IMG/VR virus record: IMGVR_UViG_3300048625_000299
Span: 69,679-133,678 of that record
Length of the DNA stretch: 64,000 nucleotides
Reading direction: 5' to 3' (one strand)
DNA from: a virus
A model generated the notes under the pieces. That model did no database searches. It was not told where the DNA came from and was given only the letters and a program-made list of their open reading frames with translations. This document shows, piece by piece, positions 1-9,194 of the stretch. Each line of letters opens with the position of its first letter. The stretch's first letter is position 1. A program made the position numbers and the translations under genes.

Positions 1-1
1 C

Positions 2-1132
2 CCAGGATATGCAGTGGCATATTTCAATCAGCAATGCACTAACAACCCACTATACAACCAATCATGTTCTGGTTATGCGGCTGCATACCTGATACAACAA
101 TGCTCGATCAATCCATTATACAGCACGACGTGTTCGGGATACGATACCGCATACTTCAACCAACAATGTGCCGCTGACCCTCTATATAACAGCCGTTGTC
201 CAGGGTATACACAAGCATATCACGATCAACAGTGCTCAATCAATCCACTATATGCCTCAGACTGTATAGGATATACGCAAGCCTATCATACACAACAATG
301 CACAGCCAACGCTTTGTATGCTACTGACTGTCCGGGGTATCAATCTGCATATAAGACACAACAGTGTTCAATTAACGCTCTATATGCTACTGACTGTCCA
401 GGGTATGACCGAGCATACTTGAATTCTCGTTGTATACAAGACTCGCTCTATAGTCCGCTATGTGAGGGGTATAAGACTGCATATGCAATTAAGTACTTGA
501 CGAATCTCAATCCGGCCGTGACTACCGCCGTCAATCAACAACTGACAGAGACTGTAGAAGTACAGAAGGCTGCTGTAGCAGCTGCTGACCCAGTAAGCAC
601 AGCGACGACGAATACACCAAGCACGACTTCTGCATCGTCGATTTCACCTACTGCTACAATCTCCGCAGTTAGACCAGCGCCGCCTCCTGCTACAGGACCA
701 GTGGCGCAAGCAGAACCGAAGAAGGACGAAAAGAAGGCAGACGATAAACCACAGGGTGGTGGGGGCAGCAGTGAGCAGAAAGCCGATGGTCCAAAACCAA
801 AGACTGCTAGAGAAGAGCTTGCAGCCAAGCGTGAAGAAGCTGCTAAAAAGGAAGCTGTTGCTAAAAGTAAAGACCTTGCTAATCAAATGGGTCAGGCTGC
901 CAACTTAGAAGCCCAAAAGGCTATACAGAACGTCGTTATACAGGCAATGGGGTTCACGCCTGGGTTTGATCAGTATGGTAAGAGTGTAATGCCGGACGCG
1001 CAGTTCTATCGTCCGTTTAGTGTGTATGGTGGCCAGAAGAATATTGATAGTCGTACAGGTCTCCGAATGTTCGGAGGCAGTGATATGGTGCATGAGGAAA
1101 TGATCAATTCACAATATCAAATAGGAAAATAA
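2..1132 (+). CDS. 5'-partial Cys-containing tandem-repeat protein (7+ copies of a 22-aa 'AYxxQQCxxNPLYxxxCxGYxx' unit, then a P/T/A linker, a K/E-rich segment and a C-terminal globular tail); possibly structural
   Basis: Open frame runs off the window's 5' edge, and the track start at 14 is an internal GTG. A 66-nt in-frame periodicity is visible at 17-478, with conserved Cys/Tyr/Pro spacing. Low-complexity PTSASS and KKEAVAK segments follow. Confidence 0.6.
   Translation, partial: PGYAVAYFNQQCTNNPLYNQSCSGYAAAYLIQQCSINPLYSTTCSGYDTAYFNQQCAADPLYNSRCPGYTQAYHDQQCSINPLYASDCIGYTQAYHTQQCTANALYATDCPGYQSAYKTQQCSINALYATDCPGYDRAYLNSRCIQDSLYSPLCEGYKTAYAIKYLTNLNPAVTTAVNQQLTETVEVQKAAVAAADPVSTATTNTPSTTSASSISPTATISAVRPAPPPATGPVAQAEPKKDEKKADDKPQGGGGSSEQKADGPKPKTAREELAAKREEAAKKEAVAKSKDLANQMGQAANLEAQKAIQNVVIQAMGFTPGFDQYGKSVMPDAQFYRPFSVYGGQKNIDSRTGLRMFGGSDMVHEEMINSQYQIGK
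17..478 (+). repeat. Seven tandem in-frame 66-nt (22-codon) repeats inside the first CDS
   Basis: Seen directly in the translation: AYFNQQCTNNPLYNQSCSGYAA / AYLIQQCSINPLYSTTCSGYDT / ... / AYLNSRCIQDSLYSPLCEGYKT. Confidence 0.7.
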
Positions 1133-1133
1133 A

Positions 1134-1940
1134 ATGTCAGAAGAAAATAACAAACCAGACGAAGAGCTGGATGATGATGCTGAAGGTACTTCGGAAGATC
1201 AAGTCGAAGATGAAGCTGTAGGAGAAGAGGCTGCTGAAGAAGAGTCGACTACGAGTGAGATTGCTGGCGCATTAGCTGGTATGGCCGCTGCCGGTGCTGC
1301 CGCGCGCAAGGGCGGTAAGAAGCCAACTAAGGCAACTGGCAAGACTACTAAAGGCAAGGCAGTTGCTAAGCCAAAGGCTGCTCCAGTAGCAAAGACAGCA
1401 GTCGCTAAACCTAAGCCGGTGATGCCAGCTGGTACGATCGACGTCAATGCTGAGGTTGAAAAGCTTCAAGGTCTCGCCGACAAGAACAAGGTATGGACTG
1501 TGGCTGGATACAGCTTCACTCCAGCAAAGCTGATGATTCTTGGAACGATTCTATCTACTGCTCTCGGTAGCTTATATGGTGCGTTTGAAGTGTATAAAGA
1601 CTATCAGGATATGAAAGTCAAGATCGCAAAGTATATTGCGCCTGACCTATCTGAAATCTATAAGAAGGTAGAGATTGCAGAGCAGAACTCTGAGAAGTCG
1701 GTTCAGTATACTCAAGATATTAAGAACGACTTGAAGAGTGATATTCGTCGCTTGGAGAGTGTCGTCGATAGCGTTGAGCGTGGTGCGAAACAATCTGCTC
1801 GTGATTCTGATCTTGCTGTGCGTGAAGTTCAACAAGAGCTTCGTAAGAGTGGTAAGGAAACGGATCAATCGATTAAACAAGTACAACGTGAAGTGGATAT
1901 CAAGATCCAAAAGGCTCTTGATAACCCACTCGCCAAATAA
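1134..1940 (+). CDS. Hypothetical protein with a very acidic N-terminus, a K/A-rich basic segment, one TM helix and a C-terminal coiled coil
   Basis: ATG lies 1 nt after the upstream stop. Composition blocks are visible in the translation (EELDDDAEGTSEDQVEDE..., KPKAAPVAKTAVAKPK, LMILGTILSTALGSLYGAF). Confidence 0.6.
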   Translation: MSEENNKPDEELDDDAEGTSEDQVEDEAVGEEAAEEESTTSEIAGALAGMAAAGAAARKGGKKPTKATGKTTKGKAVAKPKAAPVAKTAVAKPKPVMPAGTIDVNAEVEKLQGLADKNKVWTVAGYSFTPAKLMILGTILSTALGSLYGAFEVYKDYQDMKVKIAKYIAPDLSEIYKKVEIAEQNSEKSVQYTQDIKNDLKSDIRRLESVVDSVERGAKQSARDSDLAVREVQQELRKSGKETDQSIKQVQREVDIKIQKALDNPLAK

Positions 1941-2009
1941 GCTACCGCTTTAAGTTGTAGTTGTTGCCGTCAGCCCTAGCATCTAGGTAGTGGCTGTCGC
2001 TTCTATGAT

Positions 2010-2069
2010 AGAGCTGCTTACTCCACTGACTGTCTTCGGATGGTTTGTGGAAGGCAGCTCTCACTTTTT
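2010..2069 (+). terminator. Possible intrinsic terminator (8-bp stem agagctgc/gcagctct with a structured loop, then a T-run)
   Basis: Inverted repeat at 2010-2017 and 2054-2061 followed by cactttttg. The loop is long, so the call is weak. Confidence 0.3.
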
Positions 2070-2089
2070 GCATAATATAACTGATGAAT

Positions 2090-2182
2090 TTATTCATCTT
2101 GACCTTTGTCGATCCACTCTTTTGATTTGATCAATCCATAGAGTATTCCGCCAACGATGATTATGGACACTATATACCCCAT
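2090..2182 (-). CDS. Small hydrophobic peptide (30 aa, MGYIVSIIIVGGILYGLIKSKEWIDKGQDE), antisense to its neighbours
   Basis: On the minus strand the ATG is preceded by a strong SD (caaAGGAGattaacATG). It is below the ORF-track size cut-off. Single predicted TM helix. Confidence 0.35.
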   Translation of the reverse strand: MGYIVSIIIVGGILYGLIKSKEWIDKGQDE

Positions 2183-2209
2183 GTTAATCTCCTTTGAGTT
2201 ATATAGGTA

Positions 2210-2680
2210 ATGAGTGAAAATAATTGGACATATAATGGTGCATTGTTCGAAGAACCAGATCCTGAGCATTACGGATTTGTGTACTTAATCACGAACACCC
2301 AGACGGGTAAGATGTACATTGGTAAGAAAGTGTTCTGGTTCAAAAAGACCAGACAGGTCAATAAAAAGAAGAAGAAATTCCTTGCCCCAAGCGATTGGAA
2401 AGAGTATTATGGTTCTTCGCCTGCTCTGAATAAAGACATCGCCACATTCGGCCAAGATATATTCAAGCGAGAGATTATACACCTATGCGCCAACAAGGGT
2501 CTTGCGTCATATTACGAAGCTTTGGAGCAATTCCAAAGACAAGTTCTCTTCAATCCAGAAATGTATTATAATGACTGGATCATTCTTAGAGTTCACAGGA
2601 AGCACGTATTAAATGAAACAGCAAAGCGGAGTCCCGTACAATCTTCCAACAATTCCTCCAACACGATCGCTGCATCGTGA
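2210..2680 (+). CDS. GIY-YIG homing endonuclease, catalytic domain only; possibly truncated or frameshifted
   Basis: GFVYLITNTQTGKMYIGKK...YYGSS matches the GIY-(x10)-YIG motif. At 156 aa it is short for a complete free-standing homing endonuclease. An adjacent ORF at 2613-2825 lies in another frame. Confidence 0.7.
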   Translation: MSENNWTYNGALFEEPDPEHYGFVYLITNTQTGKMYIGKKVFWFKKTRQVNKKKKKFLAPSDWKEYYGSSPALNKDIATFGQDIFKREIIHLCANKGLASYYEALEQFQRQVLFNPEMYYNDWIILRVHRKHVLNETAKRSPVQSSNNSSNTIAAS

Positions 2681-2824
2681 GGGGACGACGATCGACATAT
2701 ATCAGCGCATGCATGGATATGAGATCTTCCAAAAGACAAACAACGGAATCCCTCAGCGAATGGTGTTGAGCCAGCAACAAGTTGAAGGGTTTCTCAATCT
2801 ACTAGAGCAAGCAGGGTTTCATTG

Positions 2825-3190
2825 ATGGGCGGGATCGATTTACTGGTTGGGGGCCTAGTCGTATGGTTCTTGGTGAGCTTCCTCGTGAAGTTCGTCAATA
2901 GCTATCAAGAAATTAGTGATGAACGTGAGGCTGAGCAAGCATCTGAATATGTCTGCATGCAGATAGATGTTGAACGAGTAAAAGAATTGTGGTATGGTTG
3001 GTTTATTGATCCTGAAACTAAGAAGGAAGTATTCGTCGCTCAAGGCGAATCTTGTCGGGATGCAATAAGTAATTGCGTGGAGCGGATTAGACAACAGAAT
3101 CCAAACTTCACAATATTATTCAAATTCAGAGTGAAATATGATGAACAACCAAGCATACAAAATCAAACAGAACGTAACGATAGTCAATAA
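2825..3190 (+). CDS. Hypothetical protein with an N-terminal TM helix
   Basis: ORF track. ATG at 2825 follows a TTG. Hydrophobic N-terminus LLVGGLVVWFLVSFLV. Confidence 0.45.
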   Translation: MGGIDLLVGGLVVWFLVSFLVKFVNSYQEISDEREAEQASEYVCMQIDVERVKELWYGWFIDPETKKEVFVAQGESCRDAISNCVERIRQQNPNFTILFKFRVKYDEQPSIQNQTERNDSQ

Positions 3191-3336
3191 GCTATCGGGC
3201 GCCACCGTGCGTGGTGATATTATTAACGAAGACACCATCGATAGTAAAAGTTTTTATGTTATGAAAGTTCCTCCACGCACTGTACCACTTCGGTACTTCA
3301 AAGATGCGTGGTCTATTCAAAAAGGAAAGAAGTGAT

Positions 3337-3615
3337 ATGACTCAACCAGCTATAACCGCTCTCGCCTTGCCAGAGGGCCGAGAGTGGATCAAATCTGCGC
3401 TACGTAGCGGCCCAGTCCATGTTGTGTTCACTAAGGCAGATGGCACAGAACGCACGATGAAGTGTACCTTGCAGGAAGGCGTCGTCGTTCCACATGAAAA
3501 TAAAACTGAACGTGTTAAGGAACCAAATCCTGATGTGCTAGCTGTATGGGATCTCGATAAGAGCGCATGGCGATCATTCAAGCTAGCATCGGTCAAAACA
3601 GTGACGCTCATATAA
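3337..3615 (+). CDS. Hypothetical protein
   Basis: ORF track. The internal ATG at 3337 has the SD aaggaaag. No recognisable motif. Confidence 0.4.
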   Translation: MTQPAITALALPEGREWIKSALRSGPVHVVFTKADGTERTMKCTLQEGVVVPHENKTERVKEPNPDVLAVWDLDKSAWRSFKLASVKTVTLI

Positions 3616-3617
3616 GT

Positions 3618-4046
3618 ATGATTGAAAAGAAACGCACAGGCATCACTTTTGGTGCCTTTGACCTTTGCCATGCCGGCCACGTTGTGATGTTCGCTGACTG
3701 TAAGCAACACTGTGATTATTTGATCGTCGGTCTGCAAGTAGATCCTAGCCTCGAACGAGATAATAAGAACACCCCAGTTCAATCTTTGTATGAGCGGTTC
3801 TTACAACTACAAGCGATCAAGTATATCGACGAGATCATACCATACACATACGAATATGAGATTGAACAAATCCTAGCAACGCGGGACATCAACATCCGGT
3901 TTGTTGGCGCCGATTATATTGGCAAGGAATTTACAGGTAAAGAATACTGTTATTCGAACAATATAGATATCTGCTTTAATAATAGAGCGCATCCATTCAG
4001 CACAACTGAATTGCGCAAGCGAATTCAAAACAACCCTTCGAAATAA
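3618..4046 (+). CDS. Cytidylyltransferase-like nucleotidyltransferase (HxGH family; resembles RfaE domain II / TagD)
   Basis: GITFGAFDLCHAGHVVMF carries the (T/H)xGH signature of the Rossmann nucleotidyltransferases that activate sugar or glycerol phosphates. Confidence 0.7.
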   Translation: MIEKKRTGITFGAFDLCHAGHVVMFADCKQHCDYLIVGLQVDPSLERDNKNTPVQSLYERFLQLQAIKYIDEIIPYTYEYEIEQILATRDINIRFVGADYIGKEFTGKEYCYSNNIDICFNNRAHPFSTTELRKRIQNNPSK

Positions 4047-4048
4047 TT

Positions 4049-5005
4049 ATGAGCTTATTTGCTACTGATGAACTGAGTGCCAAAGCTAATGGCGGCACTG
4101 AATTGATGAAACGTGGACTCGAGCAACGACTCGACCCTGAACTACTCAAGCATTTCCATATTACTGCCAGCCGATATCGTGGCGGCGATCCCAATAAGAT
4201 CAATCTATACTGGTTGCATGATCTGCCAGGCGATCCTGAATCGGCACATTTGGCGAATGGTGGTTGGAACAACTTTGAAAAGTTGATCTTTGTATCCAAC
4301 TGGCAATTCCAAGCATACCAGCTGTATTATGGCCTGCCTTGGTATAAGTGTATCGTTCTGCAGAATGCAATCGAACCGATTCCTGTTGTGGAGAAGTCCA
4401 AGGAAAAGATCAAGCTGATTTATAACACTACACCACATCGTGGTTTGGAAATTCTCGTCCCAGTGTTTGATGCGCTGTGTAAGCGATTTGACAATATCGA
4501 GCTTGATGTATACTCGTCATTCGCTGCATATGGTTGGGAAGAACGTGACGAACCATACAAAGAGTTGTTCGAAGTGTGTAAGACGCATCCGAAGATTAAC
4601 TATCATGGGTACCAGCCAAATGATGTAGTCCGTGCAGCTCTCGCAGACGCACATATTCAAGCATACCCGTCGATCTGGTCTGAGACATCATGCATCGCAT
4701 TGATGGAAGCTATGAGTGCAGGTTGCTTGTGTGTTCATCCAAACTTCGCTGCGTTACCAGAGACATCCGCCAACTGGACATGGATGTATCAGTGGCACCA
4801 AGATAAACGCGATCATGCTAACATGCTGTATGGATACCTTGTCAACGCGATTGAAAACTACTGGACAGAAAGCGTACAAACGCGAGTTGCTGGTCAGAAG
4901 TCATATGCCGATGTGTTTTATGGTTGGGAAATGCGCAAGCACCAATGGAATGCTTTGTTGATGAGCATTCTCCAAGACAAGAAGATTGACTACACTCCGC
5001 AATAA
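4049..5005 (+). CDS. Glycosyltransferase, GT-B fold (family 1/4-like)
   Basis: C-terminal half has the GT1 signature ...GYQPNDVVRAALADAHIQAYPS...ETSCIALMEAMSAGCLCVHPN (E-x7-E-like donor-binding motif). ATG lies 2 nt after the upstream stop. Confidence 0.7.
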   Translation: MSLFATDELSAKANGGTELMKRGLEQRLDPELLKHFHITASRYRGGDPNKINLYWLHDLPGDPESAHLANGGWNNFEKLIFVSNWQFQAYQLYYGLPWYKCIVLQNAIEPIPVVEKSKEKIKLIYNTTPHRGLEILVPVFDALCKRFDNIELDVYSSFAAYGWEERDEPYKELFEVCKTHPKINYHGYQPNDVVRAALADAHIQAYPSIWSETSCIALMEAMSAGCLCVHPNFAALPETSANWTWMYQWHQDKRDHANMLYGYLVNAIENYWTESVQTRVAGQKSYADVFYGWEMRKHQWNALLMSILQDKKIDYTPQ

Positions 5006-5043
5006 TAGTTGACTTCGGTCCGCAGCGGTTGTAGAATGATATA

Positions 5044-5913
5044 ATGATTATTGTTGATATAAACCAAACGATGATTGCTAACCTGATGGTTCAGATTGGC
5101 AATCATACCAATATGGAGTTGCATGAAGACCTCATTCGACATATGGTTCTTAATGCGCTCCGTAGTTATAAGCAGATGTATCCGCTCGAGCGAAATATGC
5201 TGATTGCTTGTGATGATAAGAAGTACTGGCGCCGTCAGGTGTTTCCTGCATACAAAGCAAATCGCAAAAAAGCACGCGAAGAATCTGAACTTGACTGGAA
5301 CCAAATCTTTACAATCCTAAATAAGATCAGAGACGAGCTCAAGGCTCACTCACCTTATAAGGTAATCATGGCTCCTGGAGCTGAGGCTGATGATGTGATT
5401 GGTACACTTTGCATTAAGCATGGTACATTCATTCAAACAGCAAAGACTATGGAATCGATCCACATCTTATCTGGTGATAAAGATTTTGGCCAACTACAAG
5501 TTTATTCTAATGTTCACCAATTTGATCCTGTCCGTAAAAAACAGATCAAGACAATCGATCCATACAAATACCTACGTGAGCACATCCTTAAAGGTGACCG
5601 CGGCGATGGTATTCCTAACATCATGTCTCGTGACAATTGCCTTATGGACGGCGAGCGTCAGAAATCCCTCCCAACGAAACGTATCGAATATTTGTCAGGT
5701 TTTGTCGACTTGTCTAAGGTACTTCCGTCTGACCAATATGCGAACTTCAAACGCAACGAACAGCTGATCGATCTCCACATGATTCCAGAAGATATTACGA
5801 ATGCGATTCTGCACGAATATGAAACGCAAACTCCCAAAGACCTCGAGGTGTTTAGACAATACCTACGTGATCATAAATTGAAAACATTAGAAGAAAGAAT
5901 TAGTGAGTTTTAA
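5044..5913 (+). CDS. rnh: 5'-3' exonuclease / flap endonuclease (T4 RNase H-like)
   Basis: FEN-family motifs YKANRKK, PGAEADDVIGTL and SGDKDFGQL. Length 289 aa. Confidence 0.85.
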   Translation: MIIVDINQTMIANLMVQIGNHTNMELHEDLIRHMVLNALRSYKQMYPLERNMLIACDDKKYWRRQVFPAYKANRKKAREESELDWNQIFTILNKIRDELKAHSPYKVIMAPGAEADDVIGTLCIKHGTFIQTAKTMESIHILSGDKDFGQLQVYSNVHQFDPVRKKQIKTIDPYKYLREHILKGDRGDGIPNIMSRDNCLMDGERQKSLPTKRIEYLSGFVDLSKVLPSDQYANFKRNEQLIDLHMIPEDITNAILHEYETQTPKDLEVFRQYLRDHKLKTLEERISEF

Positions 5914-5914
5914 T

Positions 5915-6361
5915 ATGAGACTTGGTATTTTTCAAATCCTTGAAAAGGCAGCAGAGCAAAAAGCAACCGCTGACAAAATAGCTGTACTGCACGCAAACGC
6001 TGGTCCAGCATTGTATACTATATTGAAGTATGCATATGATCCTAGTATTGTATGGGACTTGCCGGAGGGCGTCCCTCCATATAAGCCATGTCCATTCCCA
6101 GCACAGGAAATGAGACTGATGTCTGAGATTCGTAGATTGTACTTGTTCATCAAGGGTGGCAATCCAAACCTCACTAAGCTCCGCCGTGAGACCTTATTCA
6201 TCGAGTTGTTGGAGTCTGTGCATCCAGATGATGCATTAGTGTTGATCAGCATTAAAGATAAGAAGCTGCCATACAAGGGCCTTACTATCAAGCTGATCAA
6301 AGAAGCGTTCCCAGGGCTGGTCGAGGAGCTACCTGCAAATGTTGAAGACACAAAATCATAA
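5915..6361 (+). CDS. Hypothetical protein
   Basis: ORF track. Start is coupled to the rnh stop. No recognisable motif. Confidence 0.5.
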   Translation: MRLGIFQILEKAAEQKATADKIAVLHANAGPALYTILKYAYDPSIVWDLPEGVPPYKPCPFPAQEMRLMSEIRRLYLFIKGGNPNLTKLRRETLFIELLESVHPDDALVLISIKDKKLPYKGLTIKLIKEAFPGLVEELPANVEDTKS

Positions 6362-6544
6362 AGATAAGTATAAGGTGGACTATCAAGAGAAGTCCGAACA
6401 TGGTGGTCATTACTATAGAAGGCTAAGGACTACCAAGCAAAACAAAGCTAATAATGCTCTTGACCGAGCTTTGAGGCAGCGTGACTTTACTAGGATTCGT
6501 GCAGACGATGATGAGTATGATTATTATTAATATATTAAGGAAAG

Positions 6545-6898
6545 ATGAAAATGTGGAATTCTAAATTTATGGCTTGGGTTGAGCAAAAGATGATTGACCT
6601 CACTAGCATGCTCTACATCAAGCGTAGAGAAGTCACCCCACCAGTTGTTGAGCAAACTACGCCTACGATGGAACCAACACCAGTAGCTCCCGCCGAAACG
6701 GTATCCAAGAAGCGTACGTTCGTTAAGCGCACAGAGCCAAAGCTTACCAAAGCTGCTCCAACAAAGAAGGTAGCTATCAAAGCTCCAAAGCCAGCTGTTA
6801 AGAAGCCTGCTGCTACTAAGAAGGTCGCAAAGCCAGCAGCAAAGGCAACTACTAAGAAGCCAGCAGCAACAACAAAGACACGCAAGGCAGCAAAATAA
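6545..6898 (+). CDS. K/A/P-rich histone H1-like basic protein
   Basis: C-terminal two-thirds consists of KKPAATKK / AKPAAKATTKK repeats. Confidence 0.5.
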   Translation: MKMWNSKFMAWVEQKMIDLTSMLYIKRREVTPPVVEQTTPTMEPTPVAPAETVSKKRTFVKRTEPKLTKAAPTKKVAIKAPKPAVKKPAATKKVAKPAAKATTKKPAATTKTRKAAK

Positions 6899-7216
6899 AT
6901 GCCAATGTACACGTTTAGAGATACGAAGTCCAATGAGATCTTTGATATCTTTCTAAGCCTGCGTGAGTATGATCTTTATAAAGAGGAACATCCAGAGCAT
7001 GAGCGGTACTTTGATGCTGCCAGTGCTCCCTCGTTGGTGTCGGGTGTTTCTGTGACTGACAAGACCTCTGATGGGTTCAGGGAGGTCTTGTCAAAGATCT
7101 CCGAAGCCCACCCTGGGTCTGAGTTAGCTGATAATCATGGACGAAAGTCGATTAAGCAAGTTCAGACAGAACGAGCTGTTCGCAAGTGGAAGAGCACCAC
7201 CGGAGGAATAACTTAA
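6899..7216 (+). CDS. Hypothetical protein
   Basis: ORF track. ATG is immediately after the upstream stop. Confidence 0.45.
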   Translation: MPMYTFRDTKSNEIFDIFLSLREYDLYKEEHPEHERYFDAASAPSLVSGVSVTDKTSDGFREVLSKISEAHPGSELADNHGRKSIKQVQTERAVRKWKSTTGGIT

Positions 7217-7232
7217 CACCAAGGGAGACTTA

Positions 7233-8033
7233 ATGGCGACCAAAAGATCGAACAACAATTTGCAGGTAGTATCTTCTTACGATGAATATGACGCAAAGCC
7301 CCAAAAAGAATCGAAGCGTGAGAACCACAATCACAATGCGCTGAAGATTAAACTCGATCATTTAAACACTTTCGATCCGTTAACTGAGAATCAACGGACA
7401 TTTTATGATGCATATAAAAGAGGAGACTATTTCGTTGCGTTGCACGGAGTAGCCGGTACAGGTAAGACCTTCATTGCTTTGTACAAAGCTCTTGAAGAGG
7501 TACTTGATAAGTCGAATCCATTTAAGAAAATCATCATTGTGCGGTCAGCCGTACAGTCGCGCGAGATGGGACACCTTCCAGGCGATGTTGAAGAAAAGAT
7601 GGAAATTTATCAACAACCATATGTTCAGATTTGCGAAACACTTTTCGACCGAAAGGACGCCTATCAAAGATTATCCGAACAAGGATACATCGAATTTATT
7701 TCCACGTCATTCATTAGAGGTATGTCATTCGACGACGCTATTATCATAGTCGACGAAATGCAGAACCTTAACTTTGAAGAAATTGATACCGTGATGACTC
7801 GAGTTGGTTACCGCTCGAAAATTATCTGGTGTGGTGACTACAGACAAACAGACTTGAAGAAGAATACCGACAAGTCTGGCCTACTGAAGTTTTTTGAAGT
7901 AGCGAATAGAATGAATGCTTTCACTAAGATTGAATTCAAGGTGGAAGACATTGTACGCAGTTCGCTCGTACGCGAATACATTATGGCTAAACTAGATTAT
8001 GAAGACTCAACTGGCAAATCGCTTTCTTCGTGA
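7233..8033 (+). CDS. phoH: PhoH-like ATPase
   Basis: LHGVAGTGKTFIALY (Walker A) and IIIVDEMQNL (PhoH Walker B, 'DEaQN'). Size is typical of phage PhoH. Confidence 0.85.
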   Translation: MATKRSNNNLQVVSSYDEYDAKPQKESKRENHNHNALKIKLDHLNTFDPLTENQRTFYDAYKRGDYFVALHGVAGTGKTFIALYKALEEVLDKSNPFKKIIIVRSAVQSREMGHLPGDVEEKMEIYQQPYVQICETLFDRKDAYQRLSEQGYIEFISTSFIRGMSFDDAIIIVDEMQNLNFEEIDTVMTRVGYRSKIIWCGDYRQTDLKKNTDKSGLLKFFEVANRMNAFTKIEFKVEDIVRSSLVREYIMAKLDYEDSTGKSLSS

Positions 8034-8718
8034 AGAACTTGATGTCGTCGACTTGGACACTGTTTCAATCGACGGCAAGCGATACTACAAAACACCGGAC
8101 GGGAGCATCTACCCGTCCGTCACTACCGTAACTTCTTCCACGAAGAAGGACTACATTGAAGCGTGGAAGAAACGCGTTGGGGAAGCAGAGGCCGCAAAGG
8201 TCTCTCGTCGTGCTGCTGCGCGCGGTACTGATCTCCATACTATTTGTGAGCAGTACACACTAAACAATCCACATCACACAAAAGGCATGATGCCAAACAT
8301 CATCGAATTGTTCACTAAGATCAAGCCGATGATTGACGAAAACGTCGGAACAATCTATGCAAATGAAATTGCACTGTTCTCCCACGAGTTGAAGACTGCT
8401 GGTCGTACTGATATGTTCTGTCAGTTCCAAGGGATCAACACAATCGTCGACTTCAAGACTTCTTCGAAGATTAAAAAAGAAGAGGACATCGAAGACTACT
8501 TCATTCAAGCAACGACATATGCTATGATGTTGGAGGAAATGTTTGAGCATAAGTTGGTTGTACCGCAACTTGCGATTATAATGACAGTCGCTGAACACGG
8601 AGCTCCTGGATTGTTATTTGTCAAACCAACTTACCCGTACCGATCAAAAGTACGCAAGTTGTTTGGCGAATATCACGAAAACAATCCAATGCCAAATTAC
8701 AACCTGTTGACAGAATAA
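7999..8718 (+). CDS. PD-(D/E)xK-type nuclease (RecB/Cas4/lambda-exo-like fold)
   Basis: GRTDMF...IVDFKTS...QATTYAMM gives a D...(D/E)xK arrangement. Overlaps the phoH end by 35 nt. Confidence 0.55.
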   Translation: MKTQLANRFLREELDVVDLDTVSIDGKRYYKTPDGSIYPSVTTVTSSTKKDYIEAWKKRVGEAEAAKVSRRAAARGTDLHTICEQYTLNNPHHTKGMMPNIIELFTKIKPMIDENVGTIYANEIALFSHELKTAGRTDMFCQFQGINTIVDFKTSSKIKKEEDIEDYFIQATTYAMMLEEMFEHKLVVPQLAIIMTVAEHGAPGLLFVKPTYPYRSKVRKLFGEYHENNPMPNYNLLTE

Positions 8719-8782
8719 CTCGTTTGTAGTATAGTGGAAAATATCCAACTAGGATATTAACTTTTATTATGAAGGAATGAGC

Positions 8783-8947
8783 ATGACTGCTACAGTTGCG
8801 AAAAGTGAAAAGAAGGCCAAAGCGTTTGATATCTTTGAAGCAAATAAAGATAAAAAGTCGAGTGACATTGCTCGACTGATCCAAGCGGAGCTTGGCATTA
8901 CGCTCGCGAATGCACAGTACTACGTTACACGCGTTTTCAAGAAGTGA
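8783..8947 (+). CDS. Small protein (54 aa) made of a domain that is also found at the C-terminus of the 13769-14305 product
   Basis: Not in the track (<60 aa). SD gaaggaatgagcATG. ...FDIFEANKDKKSSDIARLIQAELGITLANAQYYVTRVFKK is highly similar to ...LEIFNRETSKGLPNSTIAQTIATELEITLSNAQYYVNRVFVK. Confidence 0.45.
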   Translation: MTATVAKSEKKAKAFDIFEANKDKKSSDIARLIQAELGITLANAQYYVTRVFKK

Positions 8948-8981
8948 TTGGACGGTCCGGCGAAAGCCGGACCACCCTTAT

Positions 8982-9194
8982 ATGAAGATTGTTTTAGAAT
9001 ACAACATCCCCGAAGACTTGCATAGCGCATGGTGCGCATATAATGCACATCATCTTCACCACGCGATCACTGAAATCGAACAGCGGGTGCGTGAAGTGCG
9101 TAAGTATAGTGCTGACCCTACTAAATCATTGAAAGCAATCGAAGACTCGATCAAAGAGCTCTACGCTATTGCTGGCCATCCACTGAATGGCTAA
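8982..9194 (+). CDS. Hypothetical protein
   Basis: ORF track. Internal ATG chosen because upstream codons overlap the small ORF. Start uncertain. Confidence 0.35.
   Translation: MKIVLEYNIPEDLHSAWCAYNAHHLHHAITEIEQRVREVRKYSADPTKSLKAIEDSIKELYAIAGHPLNG

Noticed and set aside
17-478. Regular ~66-nt repeats that could be mistaken for a CRISPR array or a non-coding satellite
   Set aside because: The repeats are in-frame codons of one long ORF (22 aa per unit). There are no unique spacers between identical direct repeats and no leader or cas context.
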